DNA of 64,000 nt from assembly GCA_012401045.1 (NCBI GenBank), contig GCA_012401045.1_4704.1. One strand, 5' to 3'. Shown here piece by piece: positions 17,193 through 26,268 of this stretch. A program made the position numbers and the translations under genes. The DNA comes from a phage. The notes below the pieces were generated by a model. That model was not told the origin of the DNA and did not search any database. It saw nothing but the letters and a program-made list of their open reading frames with translations. The first letter of the stretch is position 1. Each line of letters opens with the position of its first letter.

Positions 17193-17719
17193 TTAACGAC
17201 AGCTTCCTCCCTCGGTGTTTTCGAGGGAGGTATTTGCCGTTTAAACACTTTCAGCACGTTCGCAAATTCAGCGGCAATAATACAGGCCGAGGTTGATAGC
17301 TTATTACTGAAAATGAGATCGTCCGGTAAACAATCGAACTGAATACCGTATTGCGTCTTTGTCTCATCAACGATCAATGACGGTGTCGATCTTGTCTTCG
17401 CGATGTCGGTGATATACAAACGTAGAAATAATTCACCGTCTTCGCTATCCATAAAACGATAGGCGTTACCAGAAAACGCAACACATGGCGTAACGATAAA
17501 TTGAACACGATCGTCGGTCGGATGGATATTTAACCAACGTTCGATATCATTACTACTCACATTTCGCATATTTACTACGGTAAAAGCAAATAGCGTATCG
17601 TGATGTTTGGAATAATGCAGCACGTACGCCGCACCTTTCTTTTTGTGAATCCCTTCAATGTATTCTATTGTCGTATAGCCGGATTTATATAGCTTTACTT
17701 GCGGTTTATCACTCATCAT
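17183..17719 (-). CDS. hypothetical protein (about 178 aa; start moved to internal ATG overlapping upstream stop, ATGA)
   Basis: ORF track 17183..17800; tracked N-terminus overlaps upstream gene by 85 nt; Met at 17719 gives ATGA coupling. Confidence 0.45.
   Translation of the reverse strand: MMSDKPQVKLYKSGYTTIEYIEGIHKKKGAAYVLHYSKHHDTLFAFTVVNMRNVSSNDIERWLNIHPTDDRVQFIVTPCVAFSGNAYRFMDSEDGELFLRLYITDIAKTRSTPSLIVDETKTQYGIQFDCLPDDLIFSNKLSTSACIIAAEFANVLKVFKRQIPPSKTPREEAVVNQK
17205..17229 (+). terminator. terminator hairpin
   Basis: CCTCCCTCG-loop-CGAGGGAGG right after plus-strand CDS 16350..17192. Confidence 0.5.
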
Positions 17720-18015
17720 AACAACCCTTCCCGTTTCATCGCGGCACGCATACTTGCGTAAAGCGCATTCTTCATTGCACCCGGACGCAACGGATAACAA
17801 ATCTCATATCGACGTCCTTGTTTTACAGCAATTTTCCTTCCATTCAGAAACAACGTGCCATTATCCAGCAACAACTCACCTTGTAGTACCATGAGTCCTG
17901 CTTTAACATGACGTCCTTCTTCTTTCGTTAAGACCTTATAGCCGTGTTTATCCAATAACCACAATTCGTAGATACCATGCGCAGCCTTCGGCATTACTTT
18001 CTTCTTCGTCGTCAT
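17716..18015 (-). CDS. hypothetical protein (99 aa)
   Basis: ORF track; ATG with AAGGAGG SD. Confidence 0.6.
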   Translation of the reverse strand: MTTKKKVMPKAAHGIYELWLLDKHGYKVLTKEEGRHVKAGLMVLQGELLLDNGTLFLNGRKIAVKQGRRYEICYPLRPGAMKNALYASMRAAMKREGLL

Positions 18016-18027
18016 GGAAGATCCTCC

Positions 18028-18402
18028 TTAAACTCCTTGTCGGATCATCACCAACCGGAGCATGTTGTATTCCAATGTAGCGCTTTCTAATTCGAATTCA
18101 TATCGATACCAGAAATTCGGCTCTAATTGACCTACAACACATTTACGAACATCTGTCTGCACCTTCCTCGACAACACCTGTAACAGTTGTGTTATCTCCG
18201 GCTTGAAGTAATGCGCCAAACCTAACTGATCAGAATAAAACAGGCCACAATCAAAGATGGCCTGTAAAATAACATATTCAACCATCAGGTGACGCGCATC
18301 GGGGTCAGGGAATGGCGAACGTAAAGCGAGATCTAACACATCGACGATTGGGCCGACATAAATGGCGGCACGGTACTCACGAATAACACTGATGTTATCC
18401 AT
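18028..18402 (-). CDS. hypothetical protein (124 aa)
   Basis: ORF track; ATG start; 12-nt spacing to neighbours. Confidence 0.55.
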   Translation of the reverse strand: MDNISVIREYRAAIYVGPIVDVLDLALRSPFPDPDARHLMVEYVILQAIFDCGLFYSDQLGLAHYFKPEITQLLQVLSRKVQTDVRKCVVGQLEPNFWYRYEFELESATLEYNMLRLVMIRQGV

Positions 18403-18415
18403 GATAACCTATTCG

Positions 18416-19240
18416 TTAACTGTCGCTTTCTGACGTATCGACGTAGTTGAAAATACGATCCCGTAAACACTCGTAACGAGGCAACGCGCTAAGAATGATC
18501 ATCTTCAACTGCATCGCGATCGATACACGTTCTTCATCCGATGCATCGTCTCCCCATTTACCCGGCTTAACCTGAATGGGTTCGTGCGGATCCTGCGGGA
18601 ATATAAAGCTTAACAACAGATAATCCGTGCGGAACTCCCACACTTCTCGACCGTCGTTATCGGTTTCCTTACGCAACGTGAAGAGTTGACGTTCGGTGGT
18701 TGGATCCAACATCAGCGGTCGGCCACGAACAATCTCCAGTTTACGTGGGCTGACGAACGTCGTACGTTCAGGAAGGTATTTTTCAACATCATCCGTATCC
18801 AACAAGAACAAAATGATGTCGTCGAAATACTTCGGTGCGTACGTGTGTATCGGTTCACCGTCGCTATACGAAGAGATCTCTTGAAGTATTGGTGTCTTAC
18901 ACGAAAAGTTCTGGCATGAGCCGCGGGTGATCGGTAAGGTGGTCCATTGATGTTCTGTAGACAATTCAACAGGCACTAACGGATAGTCATCAATGAAAAC
19001 CACACACGTTGTACTAATGGGTATTCTTCCATCATTACCGGGTTCAAAAACCAAACGTATCTTACCGGTAATCAACGCCATCTCATCTGGCATTAAATGG
19101 CTTGCTGAACGGGCAAGTCTGAAACCGGCCGCCTGTTTATAAGGTTCGGGTTTATAGCCACGGACAATAAGAGAGACATCCGCAAGTTCAACGCTCACGA
19201 ACGCATCTTTGGTGTCTTCATTGTTCGTCGTTAACGTCAT
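18416..19240 (-). CDS. hypothetical protein (274 aa)
   Basis: ORF track; ATG start. Confidence 0.6.
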   Translation of the reverse strand: MTLTTNNEDTKDAFVSVELADVSLIVRGYKPEPYKQAAGFRLARSASHLMPDEMALITGKIRLVFEPGNDGRIPISTTCVVFIDDYPLVPVELSTEHQWTTLPITRGSCQNFSCKTPILQEISSYSDGEPIHTYAPKYFDDIILFLLDTDDVEKYLPERTTFVSPRKLEIVRGRPLMLDPTTERQLFTLRKETDNDGREVWEFRTDYLLLSFIFPQDPHEPIQVKPGKWGDDASDEERVSIAMQLKMIILSALPRYECLRDRIFNYVDTSESDS

Positions 19241-20255
19241 TGTTCATTTTCTCCATTGCAACGAATCGTTCAAGCTCGCGTAATAAACGCTCTTTTAACG
19301 CAGGATCAACTTCCGGAGCATGTTTATCGCGATACCATTCGGTCCCGTTGTATTGCAGGCTAACATGCCATGTTCCTAACGGGCTTTCCTCTGCAGCGGC
19401 GATGAAATTCTTAACGCCGGTTTTGGTAGGATACTCCATGATAGGAATAGCCTGCTTCAGATCCATTACGGTAAGATCCTGGAAGTTATAATCCAGGAGC
19501 GTTAATGCACGTTTGTCGCGTAACAGTAACCCGCAATCCAAGATAGTGAAATCGATACCCCAAAATTGTAGCTTACCGCCCGTACTGATAGGAATATGAC
19601 CGCGATAAACCGCGAGATAAATCTCACCTTTATCGGTTTCTTTATTGTATCCTGCGATGAATGCTGCGGTAATTAACGGCTGATCGCCTTTCGCAAAGAA
19701 AACAGGATGCGTACGATAAAGCCAATCATTACGGATTAAATCGGATACCTGACCTAAACGTGCCGTGGGCACCATTGTCGATCCTAAGTCACTATTACTA
19801 ACTTCGAATTGGTAATATTCAAACAGAACACCGTCGACTTCTTCTTTAGCGTATGGTTCACGATCCGGATTAGCGAGTATATAACGCAACTTATTATCGA
19901 TTTCGGCTACGCGTTCCTCATGGGTATCCATAAGGCTAGTGACGACGAAAGCAGCCAGATTACGTACGCTAAGGAACACGTCGTCTTTCTCCTGGTCGCT
20001 TAGTCCTTCTTCATCTGCTAGCGTTGTCCAATGCAGTGGTCCCTCCACCATTTTCAACCATTTGTCTTCACGCTCTGGGTAAACAAAGGGCTTGTGTACA
20101 GGAACGCTGGTATGCTGCACACGCAATAGTAACGAACAAGGGGATTGCATTATCGACTCCCATGGCACTATACCACTCGTGACAGCGATGACGTGACGAT
20201 TAAGAACAAGAGAAGCTGAATAAGTAATGTTATCTAATCCTGGTAATTGATCCAT
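19218..20255 (-). CDS. hypothetical protein (345 aa)
   Basis: ORF track; ATG with AAGGA SD; preceded by about 300-bp AT-rich intergenic region. Confidence 0.65.
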   Translation of the reverse strand: MDQLPGLDNITYSASLVLNRHVIAVTSGIVPWESIMQSPCSLLLRVQHTSVPVHKPFVYPEREDKWLKMVEGPLHWTTLADEEGLSDQEKDDVFLSVRNLAAFVVTSLMDTHEERVAEIDNKLRYILANPDREPYAKEEVDGVLFEYYQFEVSNSDLGSTMVPTARLGQVSDLIRNDWLYRTHPVFFAKGDQPLITAAFIAGYNKETDKGEIYLAVYRGHIPISTGGKLQFWGIDFTILDCGLLLRDKRALTLLDYNFQDLTVMDLKQAIPIMEYPTKTGVKNFIAAAEESPLGTWHVSLQYNGTEWYRDKHAPEVDPALKERLLRELERFVAMEKMNNDVNDEQ

Positions 20256-20504
20256 GATAGAAATCCTTAGTATGTTTGATATGTTGTTTAATTAACATAT
20301 TAAGTTTAAAAGAGGTTATGTTTTACGTATTGTTAATAACGTATTCTTATCTCTATTAAGTTATGTTCTATCTAAAGATAGTAAACAGATATAATGCTCC
20401 CCACCTCCCCATTCTCCCAAGTAATACTGGCCTACCGGCTCTCTCCTTTTTAAGGGAGAGAGTAAGCATTCAGTATTGCTCAAATGAATAAGCAAAACAG
20501 TATA

Positions 20505-20528
20505 AACTTACCGTCTCGAGTTATCTCG
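20505..20528 (-). terminator. palindromic terminator hairpin
   Basis: CCGTCTCGAG-TTAT-CTCGAGACGG; U-rich on minus strand; after CDS 20564..20917. Confidence 0.5.
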
Positions 20529-20563
20529 AGACGGCGTAGTAGTATCTGTTTATCTCTTTTATG

Positions 20564-20917
20564 CTAACAGCCTATTTCTGCATGAACCTTTAACGATTCG
20601 AATACATCTTGCTTCTTTATCATCGTCTTGTATAAACGTGATTGAGCAATGATCTTTATCCATTGTTGTGGATCGCGTAAATTCACATTTTCAAAACGGG
20701 GTGGGGTATTATCTCCGTCGAGTCGGATATACCCTAAGAGCAATCCTTCATGGTCTCCTCGACGGATTTCGATATGCGGTTTGAGGAAGACATGATTGTC
20801 TGGTGGATACCAGCTTACGGTGTAGTAATGGTTTCCTGAAACAACGAATTCGTGAACGGCTTTTGTCTCATCGTCAATGACCGCATTTACGCTGGGAATC
20901 ATTAATTTTTGAAGCAT
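20564..20917 (-). CDS. hypothetical protein (117 aa)
   Basis: ORF track; ATG start; followed by palindromic hairpin. Confidence 0.5.
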   Translation of the reverse strand: MLQKLMIPSVNAVIDDETKAVHEFVVSGNHYYTVSWYPPDNHVFLKPHIEIRRGDHEGLLLGYIRLDGDNTPPRFENVNLRDPQQWIKIIAQSRLYKTMIKKQDVFESLKVHAEIGC

Positions 20918-21501
20918 GGGACATAAACCTCCATCAACATCGCATAAAGCGCACCAAGCCCATGCAGGACTTGGTTAGGTGCAAAGGTCGGAGTGTAGCA
21001 TACTTGTTCGGTTGGTGCTTGTTGACGTAAGTCTAACGGATCTCCGTTGATAAGCATCTGCAGGAGATCAGCATCATCTTGCAATGTGTCTTCATCGATA
21101 TACGCATCAACACAAAGCAGTCGGTGTAACTGTTCTGGTTTAATTGAAATACCTACAACCATGCAGTTGTTGTAGGTGGCGTTGTCCAGAAAGAAGTGAA
21201 TGACGCCCGCTTGAGGATCGCCACCGTAGTGGAGCCAACGCGTAAAACCAGCCGACATCATCCATAGCGGGTTGTGTTGTAACGCACTGACGACGCGGGT
21301 CTCGAAATCCAAACCAAACTTCTGGAAGATTGCGCCCATCTGGAAACGATCTTCATCGAGACGGTAACGGAATATACAGGCATCCGATCCCGTTGAGTTA
21401 TCATACACCGAAAGATACCCACGATGGATTTCCACGGTAACATTGTTGTCGTCAAGCGTGGCGCTCGCAACGCCGTTAGAAAAGGTTGGAACAAAGCTCA
21501 T
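20902..21501 (-). CDS. hypothetical protein (199 aa)
   Basis: ORF track; ATG start overlapping upstream stop. Confidence 0.55.
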   Translation of the reverse strand: MSFVPTFSNGVASATLDDNNVTVEIHRGYLSVYDNSTGSDACIFRYRLDEDRFQMGAIFQKFGLDFETRVVSALQHNPLWMMSAGFTRWLHYGGDPQAGVIHFFLDNATYNNCMVVGISIKPEQLHRLLCVDAYIDEDTLQDDADLLQMLINGDPLDLRQQAPTEQVCYTPTFAPNQVLHGLGALYAMLMEVYVPCFKN

Positions 21502-22049
21502 CTTGTAATCCTTAATTTACCTGAATGAATTATCGTTGATGGGTCCACGACGCGACCGTATTTCGCGTTACGTAATACACGATGCCCAAAGAAGTCAGCG
21601 GTTTCCAAAACAACCGTGTAACAACCCAGCTGATGTTGATGTCCCCAAAACCGTTCAATGGGAATCCAGCAGGGCGACATGCCTTTGTGTCGCCAATCCG
21701 TAACACAGCCGAATTCAGCAAACTGTTCAGTAAACCACTCGTCAATGTCGGTATCCGTAAAGAGAAACACGTGGTTTTTAACCAGATAAGCGAACCCAGG
21801 ATAAAAAAGCTGAGGGTCATCTGGGTCACGGAGATAAACACGAAGTTTGTCTAGCGTACCCTCGACAACGATTGTATCGGGTAATCCTGGCGGCGTGAAC
21901 CGAAGTTGGAAGTTATCCTCGTTTGCCGAGGCGTTAACCAAATACCCCAGTTGAAGGGGTCGATGCAATTCGAAAAGGTTAAACGTTAATGCATATTCGA
22001 TATACTCTAATCCTATATTCATGTCTGACCTATGTGGTATGGACGGCAT
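21498..22049 (-). CDS. hypothetical protein (183 aa)
   Basis: ORF track. Confidence 0.55.
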   Translation of the reverse strand: MPSIPHRSDMNIGLEYIEYALTFNLFELHRPLQLGYLVNASANEDNFQLRFTPPGLPDTIVVEGTLDKLRVYLRDPDDPQLFYPGFAYLVKNHVFLFTDTDIDEWFTEQFAEFGCVTDWRHKGMSPCWIPIERFWGHQHQLGCYTVVLETADFFGHRVLRNAKYGRVVDPSTIIHSGKLRITR

Positions 22050-22154
22050 TGCATTGCCTTCCGCGAGTGTAATCAGGAAGGTAATGTAGGTTTATTTTAA
22101 TCTCCATTTCGCGATGATATGACAGTCTTTATTACGTTTACCATCTGAGGGAGC

Positions 22155-23399
22155 ATGCTCATGTCTTCTATTTTACAGGTGTTTAATGCGCATGCGGAAG
22201 GCATTGACATCGACGAGTATTTTGTTAATCAGGTTATCCGTTACGCGACACGCTTCCGTACGCAAGACCAAGAACACATGCGTTTTTTCGGTGGGGTTCT
22301 GTTAGGTGTACAGAAAATCCGATTCACAACAAGACATAACGATACATGGTTTTCAGACGTCTTGATGATGGATGAAGAAAGCTTACGACGCGATTTGAGT
22401 AAACTACCCTTCTACAATACGCAGACCAACCGTGTTGCCTCAAACGCCTTTAACCTAAGTTGCTGTTGGTTGCTTTATGCGATCTTCCACAGCAAACAAA
22501 TCAAAAAAGAAAAGGTTCGTGAAGCCGGGATGCTTGCAGCAATGCAAGTCCTCCATTATAAATTCATTTGCGGTCTGGTAGCACGACGTTATCCTTATAA
22601 CGCCGATCCGGCTATCGCCATTAAGGCGTACGATGAGTTAACCCTCAAATCAGGCATCAAGCGCATGAATAGCTGGAATGAGTACATCGACGAACGCTGT
22701 AACGCCATCATTGCGCGCAATAGCACGCATTTCAGTCGCTGGTCAACCCTGGAACCAGATAGTGTCGCCGAACGTTTTGTGCGTGATGTGAATACCGGAA
22801 TCCGTAAGGTTATCAACCGTATCACCGATACGTACTATGCGATGTATGAAGAGGGTAAGAAGATAGGCACGTCCTCTCAAACTGTAGAATTAGACGACGG
22901 CCTCGCTGTTCGCGATATCAAACGCAACGAAACCACTTATCGTCAATATCTGTTCGAAATCGCTTATGACCGAACAAGTTTCGTTAAACGTGAACTCATG
23001 GTCGTCATCCTCGACGTGCATCATACTACCAATCTTTTATCCCTTGAGCGAGCGTTAAGCTATATCAGCGCTAACGTAGAACGACCGACAAGAGACGGAA
23101 AACAGGTCTCTCAGATGTTGCGGCTTGTAATGGAGCATGCTATCGAGTATATCATCTTGAATAAGGTCGATATGCGCGATCTTACGTTCTTATTCTACAT
23201 GCGTAACGTGTACACGTCCAACCGTACCAGCAACCCGAAACTGTTAGAACTGCGTAAACTTGGCTCTGAAGTCATTAAGAAAGCAACCAACGCGAGAAAC
23301 GACGCTGAAGCTGCAGCGACACGTACCGGTGTCTTTCTGTATATCCTGCTTCGTGTGTTTAGCCGTAACTATTACGTTCGACGTGCGATGTCACGTTAA
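22155..23399 (+). CDS. hypothetical protein (414 aa)
   Basis: ORF track; lone plus-strand gene; TTTATTAC motif about 25 nt upstream. Confidence 0.6.
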   Translation: MLMSSILQVFNAHAEGIDIDEYFVNQVIRYATRFRTQDQEHMRFFGGVLLGVQKIRFTTRHNDTWFSDVLMMDEESLRRDLSKLPFYNTQTNRVASNAFNLSCCWLLYAIFHSKQIKKEKVREAGMLAAMQVLHYKFICGLVARRYPYNADPAIAIKAYDELTLKSGIKRMNSWNEYIDERCNAIIARNSTHFSRWSTLEPDSVAERFVRDVNTGIRKVINRITDTYYAMYEEGKKIGTSSQTVELDDGLAVRDIKRNETTYRQYLFEIAYDRTSFVKRELMVVILDVHHTTNLLSLERALSYISANVERPTRDGKQVSQMLRLVMEHAIEYIILNKVDMRDLTFLFYMRNVYTSNRTSNPKLLELRKLGSEVIKKATNARNDAEAAATRTGVFLYILLRVFSRNYYVRRAMSR

Positions 23400-23417
23400 C
23401 AATGTAACGGTAAAACT

Positions 23418-23684
23418 TTACTGACGTTGGTTATTATTTGAAGCATAGGGCTTCACCCAGGAGTACCATCCCTTTAAGTCGTTTATCCTCTCCTGGTTAA
23501 CTGTCGTTCTCTCACAGTGCTCGACAGACCAAAAATGCTCAGGCCTCATAGCCTCCTCTGGGAATGGAACCCAGAGGAGGACTATGTTTGCCTTAAAATT
23601 CAACGCGACCTTTTGTCGTAAACAATACACCTCTTTGCCAACAGAAAAGATCCTCCGATTGAGCGCAAACACGAATACCCGCAT
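23418..23684 (-). CDS. hypothetical protein (88 aa), doubtful
   Basis: ORF track; overlaps 23593..23913 by 92 nt. Confidence 0.3.
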   Translation of the reverse strand: MRVFVFALNRRIFSVGKEVYCLRQKVALNFKANIVLLWVPFPEEAMRPEHFWSVEHCERTTVNQERINDLKGWYSWVKPYASNNNQRQ

Positions 23685-23913
23685 CGAATAGATGTTTTGT
23701 TCTAGCGCTTAAACAATCAGGATCTTCTACATACAACAGAAGACGTTGGCATTTATTTTGAATGCGTTCGACAAGGATGTTCTTATCGCTTAAAATAAAA
23801 TGCGCGTTATCTGTTAAGTTATCGTCGGTTTCCAGCTGCTTGACAAGTTTGATTAAAATACGTAATTGCTCAAGTGTGTCATGATCAAGTGAATCACCCA
23901 TGGCGTACCTCAA
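23593..23913 (-). CDS. hypothetical protein (106 aa)
   Basis: ORF track; ATG start. Confidence 0.45.
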   Translation of the reverse strand: MRYAMGDSLDHDTLEQLRILIKLVKQLETDDNLTDNAHFILSDKNILVERIQNKCQRLLLYVEDPDCLSARTKHLFDAGIRVCAQSEDLFCWQRGVLFTTKGRVEF

Positions 23914-23986
23914 CGTTATACGTCGTTTGTATTATAATACGCTATCGTCTCCCCGCCAGTATTAACGGGGAGTCTGCAGACTACTC

Positions 23987-26218
23987 TTAGAAAAAACCGC
24001 CCGGGCGGTATTGACCCATCGTCATCCACGCATTACGAGAAATATTCCGTTCATTCGAAGAGCGGCTTATTTGACGATAAGTATTCGCTCGTTCCTCCCT
24101 TGCTTTCGTGATCATCGCATCAATAGAAACAGCCGCTGAATCCTCCCCACGTATTTTTCCTTTATACGTAAGAAGCTCTGCCTCCAATCGATCCAAGATA
24201 AGGCCGTTGGTTTCGGTCTTAAGCAACTCATAGATTTCAGCAACGCGTTGACGTAGCTTCGCCTGCTGTTGGTTAAGATACGCTTCATACGGATCGATTT
24301 CACCCGTTACAGATGCTGGTAAACGACTCATGACTTTAAGTGGATCGATACCGTAATGGATCTGTTTCTTAGCACGCTTGATGAACCACATCGCTAACAT
24401 CCATGCGAACGTCATGTCATCGTGCATTCCATCCTGGTGATCGACACGCCCATCTTTGATAACCAATCCGAGGATCTCGGAACACAGCATCTTGTCACGT
24501 AACTGCCCGCGGGTTTCTACAATACCTTCCATCAAGATGTCGGAATACAACTCCATACGTTTGCGCGCATCCGTTGTGAAGCCTAAATGCCGTTTACGTT
24601 GAGCATACCAACTTTCATCACGCATGCTCAATGGTAATTTCAGGTCTTCGAACATCGCTGGATTATCAGCATGCCTGTCTACAATCGTGTTGTATACGCG
24701 TTTGAACACGTCGATGCCCGCTTGCCGCAAGAACTCTTCAATTGCGTCTAACAGCATGATTGCACTGCTTTTACGTTCAGGAATCAACGTAACGTTCTTA
24801 AAACGCATCATGAAGTTGGCCATCCAACGAGCAAAAGAAAGCAGACTCAGTTTATTAAAACGTCCTGTCGCAACAACTTCTGCTGTTTCTACATCCACCA
24901 TCACCAAACCGATAGCGTCACGACCTATTGCATCGCTGGTGTCTAAACCAGCAACCACCTTATTGTTCTGCATGTATGTCTCGATTTTACCTCGAGGTAT
25001 ATACCAGTTAATGCAGTAGCCTTCAGGTGAGATCTCGATATGGTCGATTTCACGTTGTCCCGCCATGATCATCTCAACCATCTCAGCGGTTAACGGGCTT
25101 TCTGCTGAACCGTTGGTCCAGATGTTCATGTAGTCGCGGTCTTTCTGAAGTTTATCACCTTCCGTTTCGTTCATGGTTTTTGCTAACCATTCATCACTGA
25201 AGCCCAGCTGAGCGTGGTTCCATTGTGCCCCGATCCTGACGGTTGCTTTGCTGAGCTCGCACGGCACGTTGTTCAATACCGTCTGATGCAGATGCTTTTC
25301 ATTACGGCAGTCAAAGAAACTTTCAGAGAACGGCGCTGAACGCATGAAAACTTCATAAGCCCATTTGCCTTCGCGTTTATCCAATTCACCTGCTGTTGTC
25401 GTATAGATGATACTCGTCAGGTCGCCGTTGCTTAATGCTTCATCGCGTGCCGCACCCATCGCACCGATACCAGCAGGAACAATGATTTCGATGTATTTCG
25501 TAAACGCGGTTTCGTCGCTATGAAATAGCGGGGTTGTTAGACCACGGCCGATGTTTGTTGCTTGTTTCTTATCCGAACGTGGAATCTTTACCGATAACTT
25601 GTTCTTGAAACGTGTGTAGGTTACGTTCTCTTTGTTCGATGAATCACGGCTATCCAGCGTCCAGAGATACGCAGGCAGCAGATCACGTATACTACGCACA
25701 TCTTCTACTGTTTTCGTACGGGCATCACCGTCTTTTGTTAACTGAATAACCTCGGTGTTTCGACTACGAACATAGGTTAGATAGCAGAACAATCCTAACA
25801 TGGTCATGGATTTACCCGTCTGACGTATCTGTATCTGATACCAGTTCGTTCGGGTAAATATTCCCCAGAGCATCGGAATGTTACCGCGGTTAGCACGGAA
25901 TGAAATTTTGTTATCACCCGCTTTAGCCGGAACACGCATCACTTCACGGAAGAAGTACCATGGATTAAGATAGCATTCCGCACTGATCATCTGAATCTGT
26001 TCTGACGTCAAATTCGGTGCGTGGGGATCAACACCAATCAATCTTGGGTTTAATAACGCCATGAAAAACGCAGAGTTCCGGACACCGAATTCACGACGAT
26101 ATAAGATCGCTAAATCACGCCAACTTGTGTTTGTTGTTTCCCAGTGTGGAACAGCCTGAGGAAAATAATCCCAATCTTCCTCAAACAAGATGATTTTCTT
26201 CGGATCGACAATCGACAT
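23987..26218 (-). CDS. terL: terminase large subunit (743 aa)
   Basis: Walker A-like IRQTGKSMTM in N-terminal half; acidic nuclease-type motifs VVAGLDTSD and HQDGMHDD in C-terminal half; GGAGGA SD. Confidence 0.75.
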   Translation of the reverse strand: MSIVDPKKIILFEEDWDYFPQAVPHWETTNTSWRDLAILYRREFGVRNSAFFMALLNPRLIGVDPHAPNLTSEQIQMISAECYLNPWYFFREVMRVPAKAGDNKISFRANRGNIPMLWGIFTRTNWYQIQIRQTGKSMTMLGLFCYLTYVRSRNTEVIQLTKDGDARTKTVEDVRSIRDLLPAYLWTLDSRDSSNKENVTYTRFKNKLSVKIPRSDKKQATNIGRGLTTPLFHSDETAFTKYIEIIVPAGIGAMGAARDEALSNGDLTSIIYTTTAGELDKREGKWAYEVFMRSAPFSESFFDCRNEKHLHQTVLNNVPCELSKATVRIGAQWNHAQLGFSDEWLAKTMNETEGDKLQKDRDYMNIWTNGSAESPLTAEMVEMIMAGQREIDHIEISPEGYCINWYIPRGKIETYMQNNKVVAGLDTSDAIGRDAIGLVMVDVETAEVVATGRFNKLSLLSFARWMANFMMRFKNVTLIPERKSSAIMLLDAIEEFLRQAGIDVFKRVYNTIVDRHADNPAMFEDLKLPLSMRDESWYAQRKRHLGFTTDARKRMELYSDILMEGIVETRGQLRDKMLCSEILGLVIKDGRVDHQDGMHDDMTFAWMLAMWFIKRAKKQIHYGIDPLKVMSRLPASVTGEIDPYEAYLNQQQAKLRQRVAEIYELLKTETNGLILDRLEAELLTYKGKIRGEDSAAVSIDAMITKAREERANTYRQISRSSNERNISRNAWMTMGQYRPGGFF
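23991..24008 (-). terminator. intrinsic terminator overlapping terminase 3' end
   Basis: GC palindrome CCGCCCGGGCGG followed on minus strand by U6; encodes last residues RPGGFF. Confidence 0.55.
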
Positions 26219-26230
26219 ATAAACTCCTCC

Positions 26231-26257
26231 GATGGAGGGTGCCGAGCACCCTCCATC
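26231..26257 (-). terminator. intercistronic hairpin
   Basis: GATGGAGGGTGC-CGA-GCACCCTCCATC perfect stem, directly followed by terminase SD. Confidence 0.4.
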
Positions 26258-26268
26258 GTTGTATTACC

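Noticed and set aside
24624-25019. 131-aa plus-strand ORF inside the terminase gene
   Set aside because: Shadow ORF antisense to a gene with clear terminase motifs
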